Origin: the human T2T-CHM13v2.0 reference genome, Homo sapiens
Direction: 5' to 3' (one strand)
Length of the DNA stretch: 64,000 bases
Assembly: GCF_009914755.1 (NCBI RefSeq)
Contig: NC_060932.1
A program made the translations under genes and the position numbers. Below are positions 29,181-44,149 of this stretch, piece after piece; the stretch's first letter is position 1, and every line of letters begins with the position of its first letter. The notes under the pieces were generated by a model, which had not been told where the DNA came from, made no database searches, and was given only the letters and a program-made list of their open reading frames with translations.

Positions 29181-32179
29181 TTAAAAAGATTAGTTTCCCC
29201 ATCTTGTAAGTGGTAGTAGCAGGACACAAACTCAAGTAATTCTCACACCAAAACCTTTCTTTTGAGCCTCTGTTGACTAAAATCCATACTTGCATTTATA
29301 TATGTTATACTGCTACTATGAAGACAATACGTTCATGTTAAAACATTTTTTAATGGTAGAAAAGTACAAAGAAGAAAACAAAAATAATTCATTATGCTGT
29401 TCAATATGTTAGTATATTTTCTTTCAGTACATTTTCTAACTATTCTCTCTATGCATATATCTAATTTATATTAGATGTGATTGCTATCGTATTTCTTACA
29501 CATTTTATTTTCTTCTTTACTCATTCAATTCTGTCCTCTCAATAGGTTCCTATGTTTCTAGCAGTTTTTCAAAAACATTATGTTAAATGACGGCCTAAAA
29601 TTCTATGGTATGATTCCTTTAATTACAAAATAGTTTTCCTTTTTCCTGCTAAATATTCAGGTTATTTCAATTTTGTTCTTTACCGTTATAAATAATGCTC
29701 TCTGGATCATCTTGGATTTTGTTGCATCTCTAATTTTTTCCAATATTATTCCTCAAAGTGGAATACTGGATCAAAGACTGAGAGGAACATTTTTAAGGTT
29801 CTTCATCTGCTTGGTAAGCCAAAAAGTTTACGAAGTTTATACTTCTGCTTGTATAAAATAAATTTTTGTTTATTCCTCTCTGATGCTATTGTTGATTTTA
29901 AAATATTTCCTAATTTGTTAGGTTAAAAAATTGTCTTCTAGATATAATATTCAAAGTGGGCTGCTCTTCTAAGAGAACTGCAGAGGAGCAAACACTGGTG
30001 GCACTGGCATCTTTCCTCTTCATCTGCTTTAGTCATTATAAATGAGAGACTTCTCGCCATTAAACTCTTCATTCCATGCTAGAAATAATGGTGAAAACCA
30101 GCACATGAGCTCAGCTGTATGGTGGAGCCATGCACCTGTTCAGGATGTCTTTGAGCTTTGCTTTAATTCTCAGCTTAATAATAAAATGTAAAACCACTAG
30201 GGGCAGTCAGTTTAGCATGTTGGATATTCTCAGCAAGTGGTAACTAATGGAATTTAACATAGAAAATTGTATCATTATCCAAAAGATAATAATATCCATA
30301 TTCCAATTTATCCTAAAAAACAACTATAACATATAAAATAAAATAACTAAAACGGTTAACCTAAAAGAGATTAGGCTTTTCTTGTATCTAATTACAATGA
30401 ATATATATAATTTTACATAACAGAAAGTAGCAAAACAATTTTAATCAATATTTTCAAATCTTCTACCCTGCCTTCTTCACCCTACAAAACTTCAACAACA
30501 AAACTAAATAAACAAGGAATTAAATAAAATATATATTAGAACTATGTAAAGTAGCAAACTGGGCTCATTTTATTTTATTTCCTTTCTACCCTGGTACACT
30601 GCAAACAAAGTCACATGCACTGAAATTGCAAAATACTTCAAACAGAAGATGGAAAGGACAGAACCAGTGGCCTGGATAATCCACAAACTTGAGGAGCAGC
30701 CCTGGGATCATTGAAAGCTGACTGGAATGAAACAAACAAAAAAACAAAAAACAAAGAATGACTCTCTATACACAAATAAGCAATCAGTCTTCCGAACAAT
30801 TTTAAAACTGTATGGTGGTATGTGGATCACTCCCTTGTAAGAAGACATTTCAAAGATTGAAGCGTGCTTGGAGAGCAACAGAAACGATTGCAAACACAGG
30901 CTTCTGGGACAAGAATGCTTTAGATGTCCTCTGCATCATTCTACAGAGAGTGAAACTTCCCATATGATGGCTGAGGGTCACCTGTTAGTGAGAGATGCAG
31001 GCTAAGTGTAGAAAATCCAAGTCCCATTGAGAAGTTATTTGATGGAATCACTAGAAAATCCTGCCATCAGTAGGTGTTGATGTTAAACTGGGAGAAATCT
31101 TTTTAACTATTTTACAAAAACTTTAGAAGAATAAAATACAATCTTGACTTGGAGACAATAAGCCCTGTCACTTACTGATAAGGTAATCCAAGGCAGTTCA
31201 CATAGCAATCCTGGGCTTGGTTTCCAAGATGGACTTTATAGGGAAGCAAATCAGGCAAATAATCAGAAATAATTTTATTGTGGAGGACTACAAAAATGAT
31301 TAACATTTTACCTATAGTATTTTGATTGTGTGTATATATAGCCTGTGCTTGGTGAATGGGAAAGAGTAAAACAACAGTAAAAGCACAGACTGCTATACTG
31401 AGTAGAAAGTCTGAATGACACAAATCACTTTTCATAAACTCAATGCTTACATGCAATGGGGTAGACATTTTTCTTGGGAAACTATTGTGTTCCCACTAAA
31501 ATCCAAGAAAATCTACTTAATATCTTCACAGCATCAAAGCATAGAAGGTTTTCATTAAGAGGAAGAGGAAAAGAGAGAAAGAAAAATAGTGGAGGGAGGG
31601 CAGTTATTTTGCAGAGAATACTTTGAAAAGGAAAGACACCTCTGTGAAGCAGCAAATTAACTAGAACAAGAGAAATGAGTCAGTGAGATCAGGGATAAAT
31701 CTGGTCCAGTTTTCAAAATAACTTTTGAAATGTTTTTCCAATTAGTGTAAATATAAAAATGGAAGCATCCTTTCAAATAAGGATAGGCATAGCCCTCGGA
31801 GTAGCAGAGAGTATAGCAGAATATCAGTAATGACACAGGCTGATGAGGGCTCAGATAGAATCAGAGCATAGACAACAGTCACAGTTAGCACAGGGTTCTC
31901 CCCACCTCTTTAATAAGAAGACATTGCAAGTCAACACTGAAACCTTGCTGAACGCTATGTGTAAGTTGTTATATTATTGCATGTAAATATCTCTGTGAAA
32001 AAAAATGAATAACTACATATACATGGAGAAGTTAATGGTTAGTAAATTTTATGTAATTTCCATCTTATACTTTTCAGAATAAATCTCAAAAGATTTCTTG
32101 CTGTCTGAGTTTGTCTCCTGTAACAGCTAACACTTCTAGCTAATTAGCGACCTCTATTTGACACACATATATCACACAT

Positions 32180-32330
32180 ACCTCATTTATTCATTCATTC
32201 AACAAGCATTTATTAAGCACTCCCTATTCCCTAGGCACTGTGCTTGGCTCAGGAAGATTAGTAACTAAAGAAGAACATTGTCTTTAAGAAATTCAGCATC
32301 TTATGGAGGAAGAATGCCATTAAAATAGGT
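32180..32330 (-). mobile_element. L2 3' end
   Basis: attcattcattcaacaagcatttattaagcac...ctaggcactgtgc. Confidence 0.75.
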
Positions 32331-33319
32331 ATAGCTGTAAGTAATCATTATCCCTATCTCTATTACTATCTTGTCCAACTGATTCCAGAAGGATTTCACC
32401 TAACTTACTCACTGGTTTGGATCCCATGAAGAATATATCAATCTTCATAGATTCATCCATTGTTTATTGAATATGAAATGCTGGGCTGGCTTGATAGATC
32501 TAGTTACTCAATATTTAACCCCAAGTTGCGTGTCTTTTATTTAACTAAGCATAAAATGAACACGATTGAGTCAGTTCTGTCTTCAAATATCAGTTGGCCA
32601 GCTGGAATGTAAGAAGTCTATTTGTAGGACAAAAATAATGACAACAGAATTAGCCCCTGGCTATCCAAAATGGTTAATTTGATTTAGTGAGGGAAATTAT
32701 GAATAAATATTAAAATCCAGAAGAAACTGCTGGTTATTGTACAATTAGCAATTACATACTAGCCATAGCTTTTAATTATATTGCTTGGACTATAATAGGG
32801 CAATACATTCAAAACAGCTTGGATTTGGCTTCCAAAACATGGCATGATGCATGCAACTTGTAAATGCCCACAATGATATTTTCTTCCATTTCACTATGGG
32901 AACTGAATTATCCTTCAGCAAATCAATCCATCTCTCACATTTGCACATAGTGGGCTAAAGTAGAGGAAACAGAAAAAAGCATTAGCCAGCTATCCTGTAT
33001 CAGCCTATGTGCCCAGGACCCATGAGTGTCCCATGAGTGCTCCCCGTCACTGTCCATTAGCCATTCACATGAAAGACCATCACCTTCACTACTGCATCTG
33101 CTCTGAACAGAAGAAAAGAAGGACCATCACATATACTCTGCACCAGACTTCTGATTCTGCCAGATGGCAGTGGTCTTTAACCATATGTTGTACGTGATTA
33201 GAGAATGGATATTTCTATCTGCGTGACAAACTGTGGATTCTGGACAACCCTCAAGGGCCACCCCCAGATAGTAGAGCAGCAGCTGTCTGCCTGGATGTTT
33301 TCCCAACAGCCATGAAGAT

Positions 33320-33700
33320 TACAGGTTTTGGCTCTGTCAACCCCAGGCTCAAATTGCAGCACCTTCACTGTGGGATCTTGGGCAAGCCACTCTCTCTGGG
33401 CCTTAATCGTGTCCTCTGGAAGCTTCAGGTTTGTAAATCTGTGATATTGAAATGGACATAGAGGTGGATGGCATCATACTGGAGGGTGTGGACTCTGGGA
33501 CCAGCCTGGGATCAAAGCCTGCTCCTCCACTTAACAATTGTTAGACTGCAGGCAATTACTTATTCACGCTGTGCTTCATGCTCCTCATGCTTTACACAGG
33601 AATATGTATAGTGCCTCCAGAGAGTTCCTGTGGCAATTAAATGAGTTAACAAATAATTGCCCCTGGCAGATAAGTGACTATGCAAAGTGTTTGCAGTTGT
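33320..33700 (+). mobile_element. Two MIR fragments
   Basis: atcttgggcaagccactctctctgggcct; ggactctgg...cagcctgggatcaaagcctgctc...ggcaattactta. Confidence 0.6.
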
Positions 33701-34521
33701 TATTATCTCTCAGTGATAATTGAGATGAATTAATTTTAAAAATTAAAACAGTCTCCAGCACACAGAAATCATTCAACGGTGGTGGCAGTTGTTATTGTAT
33801 TGTTATAACTTGTAATAGTGTTTTCCATAACTACTTCATTCCAGTCTAGCAGAGATGTATTTGTCCCTTGACTACCAGGTAAATTATAGCTGCATACCTG
33901 TTGCTACTGTGAATGCAGGGTAGGAACAACTACTTGGATCAAGCACAATGGTACCCAGGACTGGACTTTTTTCCCTTCCATTAGTCCAGATTTTAACATT
34001 CCTAAACAGCAATAACATTCCTAAGTATTTTTGTGACTTCCATGTGCAACTGAGGTCTTGGGCAATGTGAAATGTCCAGATTGAGATGGTGAAGCCCCAG
34101 TGTGCCAGGATCAACTCCTCCCTGGGGTGCAAAGATTAAGCTTTCTTAGAATTACGCTTGAAGTCAAGGTGCTAATTTTTTTTTGTCTTTGACAAATTAT
34201 TATGGAAATGCTGATCTCTGAGTTCTTTGCTCAGAGGAAGCATAAATGAGTGCCAAACAAGAACTTAAGTTATACTTCTGGCATTCTGAAGATGTCAGGT
34301 AAAGGGCCAAGGAAAGGAGTATGCCACTTTTCCTATAAGCTGAAGAGGATATGAAATATATGATTCTCTTATATGATTTTATTGATTTAAAAGGTACACT
34401 AAGCCACAGAACTAATGGCATTTCTAAAAGTAAGCTTTTGGTTTATTCCCTTTGTCACTGTAGAATACTAGCCATGGGTATATTTATATTTTATTTTATT
34501 TTACTTTATTTTATTTTAGAC

Positions 34522-34746
34522 AAAGCTGAAAGAGCACACTGTAACACACATCACACCACTTGGGCAGCCACCCACTCCTAGATGCTACCATGGGACCGGA
34601 GCCCCACAGCACGTGCCCCGGCTCCTGCACCTGCCCATCTGCTTGCTCCCCCTCCCATAGGGGGTTTGAGCACACGGTGGCTGAACACAGTAGCCACACC
34701 TCTGCCACATGTCCTGCATGGAATATCAGGGAATTCCCCCATCTCA
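34522..34746 (+). mobile_element. ERV1 LTR 3' fragment (LTR9/MER50-like)
   Basis: aaagagcacactgtaacac...cctagatgctaccatggg...ggagcccc...tttgagc...agggaattcccccatctca. Confidence 0.7.
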
Positions 34747-34759
34747 ATAATAGTGTGGA

Positions 34760-35720
34760 TTATAACTTATAGAATAAAACAGGTATCCATGACCCCATGT
34801 GGATATAAATAAGTGATTGAATAAATACATATATGGGTGAAAAGAGAAGGCTTTCCCTTACAGAATAATTCTAATTAATATATGAAGAAGATATGGAGGA
34901 AATACAAAATTACTATTAGGCAAATACCACAAGAATAATTGCTGTAGGCAAGATTCACCAATGGATACTAAAATTAATGTTGGGGAGAAACAGCATATGT
35001 AGTCTCAAATTATTTCTCACAAAATATTGGTGAATTATAAAAGAAAAATAGTAATTTTACAGTGGAGAAACTGCACACACTGTCTTAATCAAGTGTTCAA
35101 GGTTAGAAATATCAGTAATAAGGCACATTGACAGCATGTATGACCTGATATACTGCACTAAGAAAGGCACAACATCACTTCTGTGCCATTCTCACATAAA
35201 ATGCATAATCTCAGTCTAATCAATCTCAGTCTAATCATGAGAAATCTAAAGTAAGGACCATTCTATGAAATAACTGATCAGCAATTATCAAAAGTATTAA
35301 GGTCATAGCAAACAAGGAAAGAATGAGGATTGGAGGAGGTATTGCCAATTGGAGGGGACTAAAAAGATATAACTGAATACACTGTGGGAACAGAAAAGAA
35401 GATTAGCAAAAAACTGGTGAAGTTTGAACAAAGTCTGGCTTGAAGTTTAGTTAATAGCATTATATTAATGTTAATTTTCTGATTTCATTAACTGTGCTGT
35501 GATTATGCAAGATGCTAGTATTAGGGAAGTTGGGTGAAGTGTATATGAGAACTCTTTCATCCAAGTGCTAACCAGACCAAACCCTGCGTAGGTTCCGAGA
35601 TCAGACAAGATCAGGTGTGTTCAGAGTGGTATGGTAGACTATGAGAACTCTTTGTACTATGTCTGTGACTTTTCTATAAATCTAGAATTATTTAAAAGTA
35701 AAAAGTTTTTAAAAATTCCT
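34760..35720 (+). mobile_element. Old L1 (L1MC/ME-type) 3' end
   Basis: ttttacagtggagaaact...aacatcacttctgtg...aatgttaattttctga...gaactctttgtacta...ctagaattatttaaa. Confidence 0.75.
35553..35639 (-). pseudogene. 5S rRNA pseudogene, 3'-truncated and tailless
   Basis: Reverse complement gtctaccataccactctgaacacacctgatcttgtctgatctcggaacctacgcaggg...ggttagcacttggatg matches about nt 1-90 of mammalian 5S rRNA; 14-bp TSD tatgagaactcttt at 35544-35557 / 35640-35653. Confidence 0.93.
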
Positions 35721-35894
35721 GGCACCTCACTTTGATTATTTCAAAACTTGTTTTAAGCTTTGCTAAGGTTAGTCTATTCCAGTTTTGTCCTTAGTTTTAA
35801 GGTTTTGGTCCTTAATTAGTCCTGGGATTAATTAGCACAGGTGTTTTCCCTTTTTTTGTTTGTTTTTAGATTTGAAGGATTTAAAAAATCTTTT

Positions 35895-36322
35895 TAAATT
35901 TAAATCGTTGTTTGGGTACAGGTGGTTTTTGGTCACACAGGTAAGTTCTTTAGTGGTGATTTCTGAGATTTTATTGCAGCCATCACCCGAGCAGTGTACA
36001 TTGTACCCAATATGTGGTCTTTTATCCCTCACTCTTCTTCCAACCTTCCTCCCTGAGTCCCTAAAGTCCATTATGTCATTCTTATGCCTTTGCGTCCTCA
36101 TAGCTTAGCTCCCACTTATAAGTGAGAACATATGATATTTGACTTTGCATTCCTGAGTTACTTCACTTAGAATAATGGCTTCCAGCTCCATCAAAGTTGC
36201 TGCAAAAGACATTATATCATTTTTTTTTAATGGTGAGTAGTATTCCACGGTGTATATATACCACATTTTTTTTATTGACTCTTTGGTCAATGGGTACTTA
36301 GGTTGATTCTATATCTTTGCAC
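35895..36322 (-). mobile_element. L1PB-type 3' fragment
   Basis: Same reverse 3'UTR type as 10475-11359; minus ORF KKMWYIYTVEYY...MELEAIILSEVTQE. Confidence 0.88.
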
Positions 36323-36689
36323 TAGTGTTTTCTATTATGTATTTGAACTACAGCTATAAAATAGTGAACTTGTCCTTATTATGTGAACTTTTTGGGGCTT
36401 CAATGAAAAGTCTGAATTCCTCTAACTAAGTATTTCTAACTTGGTGAGGCTTTTCCTTTTAACAGTAGGGTGAGCCACATATAGAAGAATTACTTTTCAT
36501 GCAGCAAGCCTCCCCAGCATCAGGCTCACAGCTGGGCTCCTGGCATTCTCTTCTCACACATGCAGTTTTGTCTTTGATCAGTCATCTCTAAAAATCACCT
36601 GTTTGTCAATCTCTGTCCTTTTCCTCTACTTTGTCTTTTTCTTCCTATTGGTTATCACTACCTTATTACATTTCTTGTACAACAACATC

Positions 36690-36995
36690 ACATTATGTTA
36701 TACTGTGTTACTATAATCTCTTTCCTAGAAAATAAGCAACAGGAGCACAAGAACTTAGTTTTTTCCCCATTGCTGTATTTCCAGCACCTGGAACAGTCCC
36801 TGGCACTCAGTAAGAATTCAATAATATCTGTTCAGTGAATAAATGGATTATTACAATATTTTTTCAGGATTATCATTTTTATCCTCATTGAACAGACAGC
36901 AAAACTGGAGACTGGAAATACAGACAAAGTCATAAAACAGGTGGTGGATCTGGATTAAAATTCAGTGTTCTGAGTCTGAGCCCATTGCTGTTTCC
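36690..36995. mobile_element. L2 3' end (+) followed by MIR fragment (-)
   Basis: gaacagtccctggcactcagtaag...tcaataatatctgttcagtgaataaatgga, followed by a MIR-like core. Confidence 0.65.
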
Positions 36996-38093
36996 AGAAA
37001 AGCAGAAAGTGAAGTCAAGGGTCTGGTGCTCTGGCTTGGGGAGAAGGACTAAGGGGATGACACTGTGGGCAGGTGACTTTTGCTGGGTGTCTCTTTACCA
37101 TGTATCTGAGTCACTTCTTTTAGAGGTTGACCTGGCTGCTTTTTGTTTCTGATTATGTCCTATGCTAGCAGCATATGTATGGTGACCCTCAGCTGCAAAA
37201 TGGAGCTAGGTTAACCCCTTGGTCTGGGGTCATCCACCCTGCCAGCTCCCCCTTTCTGAATTTGTTTGCTGAGCTTCTAGATTGTGAGTGAAATAGTTAA
37301 GGAAATGCCCCAAGAAGCTAGAAAGCTAAATAAGATCAGCATATACGTGCTTGTTTTTATTATATAGAATTCTTCAAATAACAATGACTTACTTAGGGCA
37401 GATTATTCTCTAAATACCTACCTTCTCTGCTACTGACTACTAGGTAGACCAAAACTGGGAAGATATTTGCGAAGCAGTTCTACGTGATGTCACTGAAAAG
37501 ACCAACACAATTAAAATGTAATTCATTTCACATATTAACCAAAGAAGTGGGGACAGAAGAAAAGAAATGTCACTTTGAAAGCATTCGAAACAAAACATTT
37601 AGGAAATATACTCTCTGAAGATACTTTTCTAAAATCTGTTTATAGATATAACGAAAAAGTTCACATATTTTTGTAAATATGTTATAGCCACAGAATGTAA
37701 ACCATGGATTTGTACAGTTTAGATTCTGCAGTTCATGGGGACATGTGCAATACAATTTTATTTCAATTTGTTACTATGTATAGCCCCAAAGTACTGAGAA
37801 AAGTCTGGCAAGATGAAATGGGTCTGTTCTGGATTGTGTAACTTAACTTGCTGATATCTTGCCTTAACCAGAAAAGCGATGTGTAGGAGAATAATACCAG
37901 GGAATAGTTTTTTCTTTTTCTCTCCCTATGTTTATAAATAAGTACATTTATTACTTGAGGGATGATGCTCTAAGATATTAATCTCAAAGCCCTTAGACTC
38001 TGATGCTCAGTGTGTTGGAAATTGCATTCCCAATTTCTCACTGCTTTTGCCAATTTTGCAACTCAAAAGTTGCATTAGTTTACATTGTAAGCA

Positions 38094-38096
<3 letters not shown>

Positions 38097-38129
<33 letters not shown>
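38097..38129. repeat. (TG)n microsatellite
   Basis: Direct reading of the sequence. Confidence 0.95.
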
Positions 38130-38132
<3 letters not shown>

Positions 38133-38979
38133 GTGTTTTGAGACTGAGTATTTGAAATCTGTGGTGTTAGCTCCAAGCCAGACATTCCCATTTAGTCATA
38201 TAGCAAAGTCCTTTCCCTTAAATCACAGAAGTGAATAGGAAAAAAAAAAAAAGCAAAATGGAAAAATGAACCAGTTGGCATGATTTACTCACTTTTCCCT
38301 CAGGTGACAGAGCAGGGTGCCCTCCCATGCTTCATCTGGGTCAGGGGGTGCGCACACACCAGAAGGGCCAGGTGGGACTGTGAAGGGTGATCCCTCCTCT
38401 ACAGCAGCAGTGGCTACTGGTGTCTGGCTGAGTGCTGTCATTCTAGAATTTGGGCTTGATATTGTCATTAATAGGTTTATAAAAGCCAGAAATCTCAATT
38501 TCCATTGAAACCTCATGATTTTCCAATATCAGCAACTAATTACAATTTTTAAAAACACAAACTGACTCCAAAACACGATATCCCAGCCATGAAATAAAAT
38601 CCAACAGGAGTACAACGTTTGACATGCTGGCCCAGGTGCTGAACAGTCCATCCCAAGAAGGAGCTGTGAGAAGCAGCCAACTTCCTCACCCTGGAAGGGT
38701 CGGCTTCTAATCTGTTTGTGAAAGGAAGATGGTCTCATATCTGCTTCAAGGTGTTTCCAGCTATTTCTTTTCTCACTTTATCCTCACTTGTCCACTAGGA
38801 ACCACTGTCCGGAGCTGTTGGCTATCAGCCACCTTGAGAGGATGCTGCAGCCCCAGGGCAACTATGAGGCCACCACAACCTCACTTTCCCTTCCTTGACT
38901 CTCCTCATTGTTACCACCCAGGTACGTGACACCCAATTGTACTGGAGAGAGGTGATGGACTAAAGGGATTAGAATTTAG

Positions 38980-39339
<360 letters not shown>

Positions 39340-40556
39340 TTATTTATGTACATATTTTTATAAACTATACACTTGTATGAATGCCTTCATAGTTCAAAGA
39401 GCAAATGCAAGACAGTGAAATGCACCATGGAATGGCTTGCTATTTCATCTGCTGTATCCTCAGCGGGTGCTCTCGTCCAGAACTTGATGGTGGGACTCCC
39501 ACTCAGGGAAGCCTCTCCTTTCTTCCACAGATCCCATCTTCCCTGCTCCTTCCCCTCCCTCAGCAAGCAAAGTGAGGTGAGAATCCTGCTGTGGATTTCC
39601 CCATGTCTGGGTCATTCTGACAAGATCCTATTCAGAGACCCCTGTGGGGAGAGGAGGAAATGAGAGACTAGATTAGAGTGCTGCTTGGTGGGGAGTGGGA
39701 AGGGAAGGCCTTCAGCAGAATGCTTCCAAGTGGGCTTCAGCAACACAGTTTTAAGTCAGTGCAAAGCTCCCAGGAGGCTTTTACAATCCAGTTCAGGATC
39801 CTTTGAAGAAGATGCATCTCTTCATTCTTCAGGGTCACCTAGGAGGTACGTATCAATTAAACAACACACTCACATCTAAAGACAAGCTGTGCTTCTCAGT
39901 GGGCAGTGTGGACTAATCCACATGAAGGAAGCAAAACCTTTCTCTAATTGGGATGAAATCTGCCAGGATGGCCTCCTCCACAATGAGGGAGGGATCCCTG
40001 ACTCAGAGCGGGGCTCATTCACCTTGGTTCTTCTGCCAGCTCTCCGTTGCCTACAGGTCTATTAGACAATAAAAAATGGGATTCATTAAAAGTGTCCTAT
40101 CCATTAACCTTTAATGTCTATCACTTTGTGGGAAAAATCCCAGAAGAGTTTTTCAAATTATTTCGTTTCATTTTCTAGCTAGGTCGAATTCTTGGTAAAG
40201 GGTTTTCTGTAATCTTTGTACACAGAGAGGTCATTTCTAAGTAGCCCTAAGGGTTGAAGACGGTCTGGGTTGGTGGTTTTTCCTGCTTTTTTCCCATCAG
40301 TTTTAGGGTCTGAATTTTTCAGCATTAATAAAGCAATAACTTGTGGGAAGCTGTTAGTATAATTTTTATTTGGAATTGAGATTAAAATGTACTATATCAT
40401 ATATAGGTATATTTTGCAGCAATAATGGAAATGTAGAACACCATTTCTTTTCACAAATGAATTAATCTGTCTTTGCAGTCCATGGGAATCATTACAGAAT
40501 AAGTCTTTCATTTTCCAGTTTTGGATTTTATATATTTAGAAGAGTATTTTCAGTAA

Positions 40557-40880
<324 letters not shown>

Positions 40881-41138
40881 TGTTTTTTTTTACAAATCTC
40901 AAAGAGCTCGCTTTCTGGGATAACTGAGAAAAAGATGGCATTTCCATTGACAAAGCAAGCATTGTGACATTGTGAATGAAATAGTTATGACTCAGTTTCT
41001 CAATAATTTTGTACAGATGTATTATATATACTATGGCTAGCACAATGGAAAAATATATTTACGTAGGGTCAGAAAGACGAATCTATGTTCCAGTTATGTC
41101 CTTCCTGGCTGGAGGAACTTGAATAATTCAATTGGTAT

Positions 41139-41870
41139 TGTAGGTTGGGTTTCCCAGGACACAGACTCTAAGACAGATGTTAGTGTTCAGGCGTTTATTA
41201 GGGAGCACGTTGGGATGAGCAGCTGTGGAAGGGAGGGGAAGGAAACAGGATTGGGCAGAGGAGCAATTCAGCTGAGATGTACCTGATAGCCTCAACTACC
41301 CCACTGCAGCTCTGGAGCTACAACGTTCCCGCAGATTTATCCTATGTTGGACCTTTATACCTCTTAGTCAGTTACTGGGTGCAGGATACAAACTGGGAGG
41401 GTGTGACCTCAGGAAGGCAGCTTTTTGCACCTGAGGCTATTTCTTTTTTCTTTTTTCTTTCTTTTTTTTTTGGAGACAGGGTCTTGCTCTGTCACCCAGG
41501 CTGGAATGCAGTGGCACAATCTCGGCTCAATGCAACCTCTGGCTCCTGGGTTCAAGTGATTCTCATGCCTTTGCCTCCTGAGCAGCTGGGATTACAGGTG
41601 CCCACACCAGGCTAATTTTTGTATTTTTAGTAGAGACGGGGTTTCAGCATATTGGTCAGGCTGGTCTCAAACTCCTGACCTCAAGTGATCTGCCCACCTC
41701 GGCCTCCCAAAGTCCTGGGATTACAGGCATGAGCCACCATGCCTGGCCTGCATCTGAGGCTATTTCTGAAGGGACCCACAGCTGAACATCGCTTGCTGAC
41801 AAATTCCCTCTGAAGCTGGGGTGAGTCCTTTCTTGACGGTGGACCCAGGTAGGGGAATATCTATCCATCC
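41139..41870 (-). mobile_element. ERVL LTR16-like element interrupted by Alu
   Basis: tgtaggttgggtttccc...cagactctaagac...gtttattaggga...ggattgggcagaggag. Confidence 0.6.
41445..41749 (-). mobile_element. Alu (J/S)
   Basis: Reverse dimer; TSD gca(c/t)ctgaggctatttct at 41427-41444 / 41750-41767. Confidence 0.93.
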
Positions 41871-42219
41871 CACTTGACTTCCGTGAGCTTCAGTTTTCTT
41901 ATAAATACTGTTTGAAGACTGAATTCGATGCCTGTAATATACATAGCCTAGTGCTTAGAACTTCATTACCTTACAAAAAACACTATGATTATTGTTACTC
42001 AAAAGGTAGCAGTTGGGACAGGTACTTTCACAGTATCTGCTCAGACAGAAATGCTTTCAGCATCAAAAATTATTCAGAAGTGCTTCTTAAATAACTTATA
42101 GCTGTAACAACTTCTTGAATACCTAGTATTTTGTTTGTTTGCTTAGATAGAAAATTCCAAGGTAGAGTTGCTGTGGTGAATTAGGGAAGGCAGAGTTGGT
42201 ATAAAGATACAAAGATACT

Positions 42220-42712
<493 letters not shown>

Positions 42713-42832
42713 TCACTTCTTTGGTCTCCCATGGCAGAAGAGATGATAGTGACAGTGTCCAAGCTTTACATATTAGATCCAGCATCCAAGCAGTTCTGAA
42801 ATCCCTGGAGGGCTCCGACTGGTTCAACTTAG

Positions 42833-43242
<410 letters not shown>

Positions 43243-44149
43243 AAGAGCAGTGGAGTTTCAAGAAAAAGCCATGAAGGTACTGAGCAGATAAAACAATAGG
43301 CAGCCACATGCTTGGAAAGCCAGGGAAAATGCTTTTCTTAGATGTTACTTTAGGAGAACAAAGACAATGTGGATCACTAAGAAAAGTAGATTATGGATCA
43401 GAGGGTAACAGGATTTATATCTGCTGGCAAAAGTGCTTCATAAGCTCTAAAATAGCATTTCAGTCTCAATAGATACAACATTTCTGCCAGCTCAACAAGG
43501 CTCACCTGAGTTGTTATAGTTACATTGGGTTTTTGGAGTTAAGTGGAGTTTCTAAAAACTCTTTTCTGAAACTGCATAGTTATTCTCTGTTCTCTGTTAC
43601 ATTTTCTGATCTAATGCCAATATGACAGTCCTAATGTCCTTGAAATTGTCAAGGATAAAAGAGATGAATGAAATCATTTTGAAAATGTGTTTCCTCACAT
43701 TCAATATCCAATTCACTTATCTGGGTGAATTTTCTCTCTCTGGTAAGCAACATGCTCCAGCTTGGGAGTCACACACACTTGAGTTTAAATTCTGACCAAT
43801 CTGCTTACTAGCTCTCTCGTCTTGAGCAAGTAACTCTTACTCTTCAATGAGTAACTGTCCCTACATCCTTAAAATCTTCAGCATCTTCTTCTTCTTCAAT
43901 GAAACTTCTCACCATCTTCTTGCCTGAAAGCCAGATTGTTTCTAAGAACATTTCCCCTGAGGTCTTCTGAAGATTGGCTTGTGTTCTTTTTCTCATATCC
44001 CACTTGTCTTAGATGTTACCCCCCTCCCCAAGTTCTCATCCCCAACTGTTATTGTCAGATACTAGGTATCCCTTTTCCCTTGAAATGAAAAAATAACAAA
44101 ATAAAATGGAATTTAAAAAATAAAATGAACCTTGCTTTTGTGAAACTTA

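Larger units (their letters stand above)
30550..34001 (-). ncRNA. Candidate spliced minus-strand transcript (possible lncRNA): exons 34001-33898, 31233-31176, 30981-about 30550
   Basis: Splice-like pairs ctgtttag|G...CAG|gtatgc and ccctataaag|T...TCA|gtaagt; acceptor ctctcactaacag|G; tandem AATAAA at 30569-30579. No convincing ORF. Motif evidence only. Confidence 0.3.

Noticed and set aside
30194-30206. CTCF-like motif ccactaggggcag (similar at about 16624)
   Set aside because: Each is one base short of the core spacing, so I cannot support a call.
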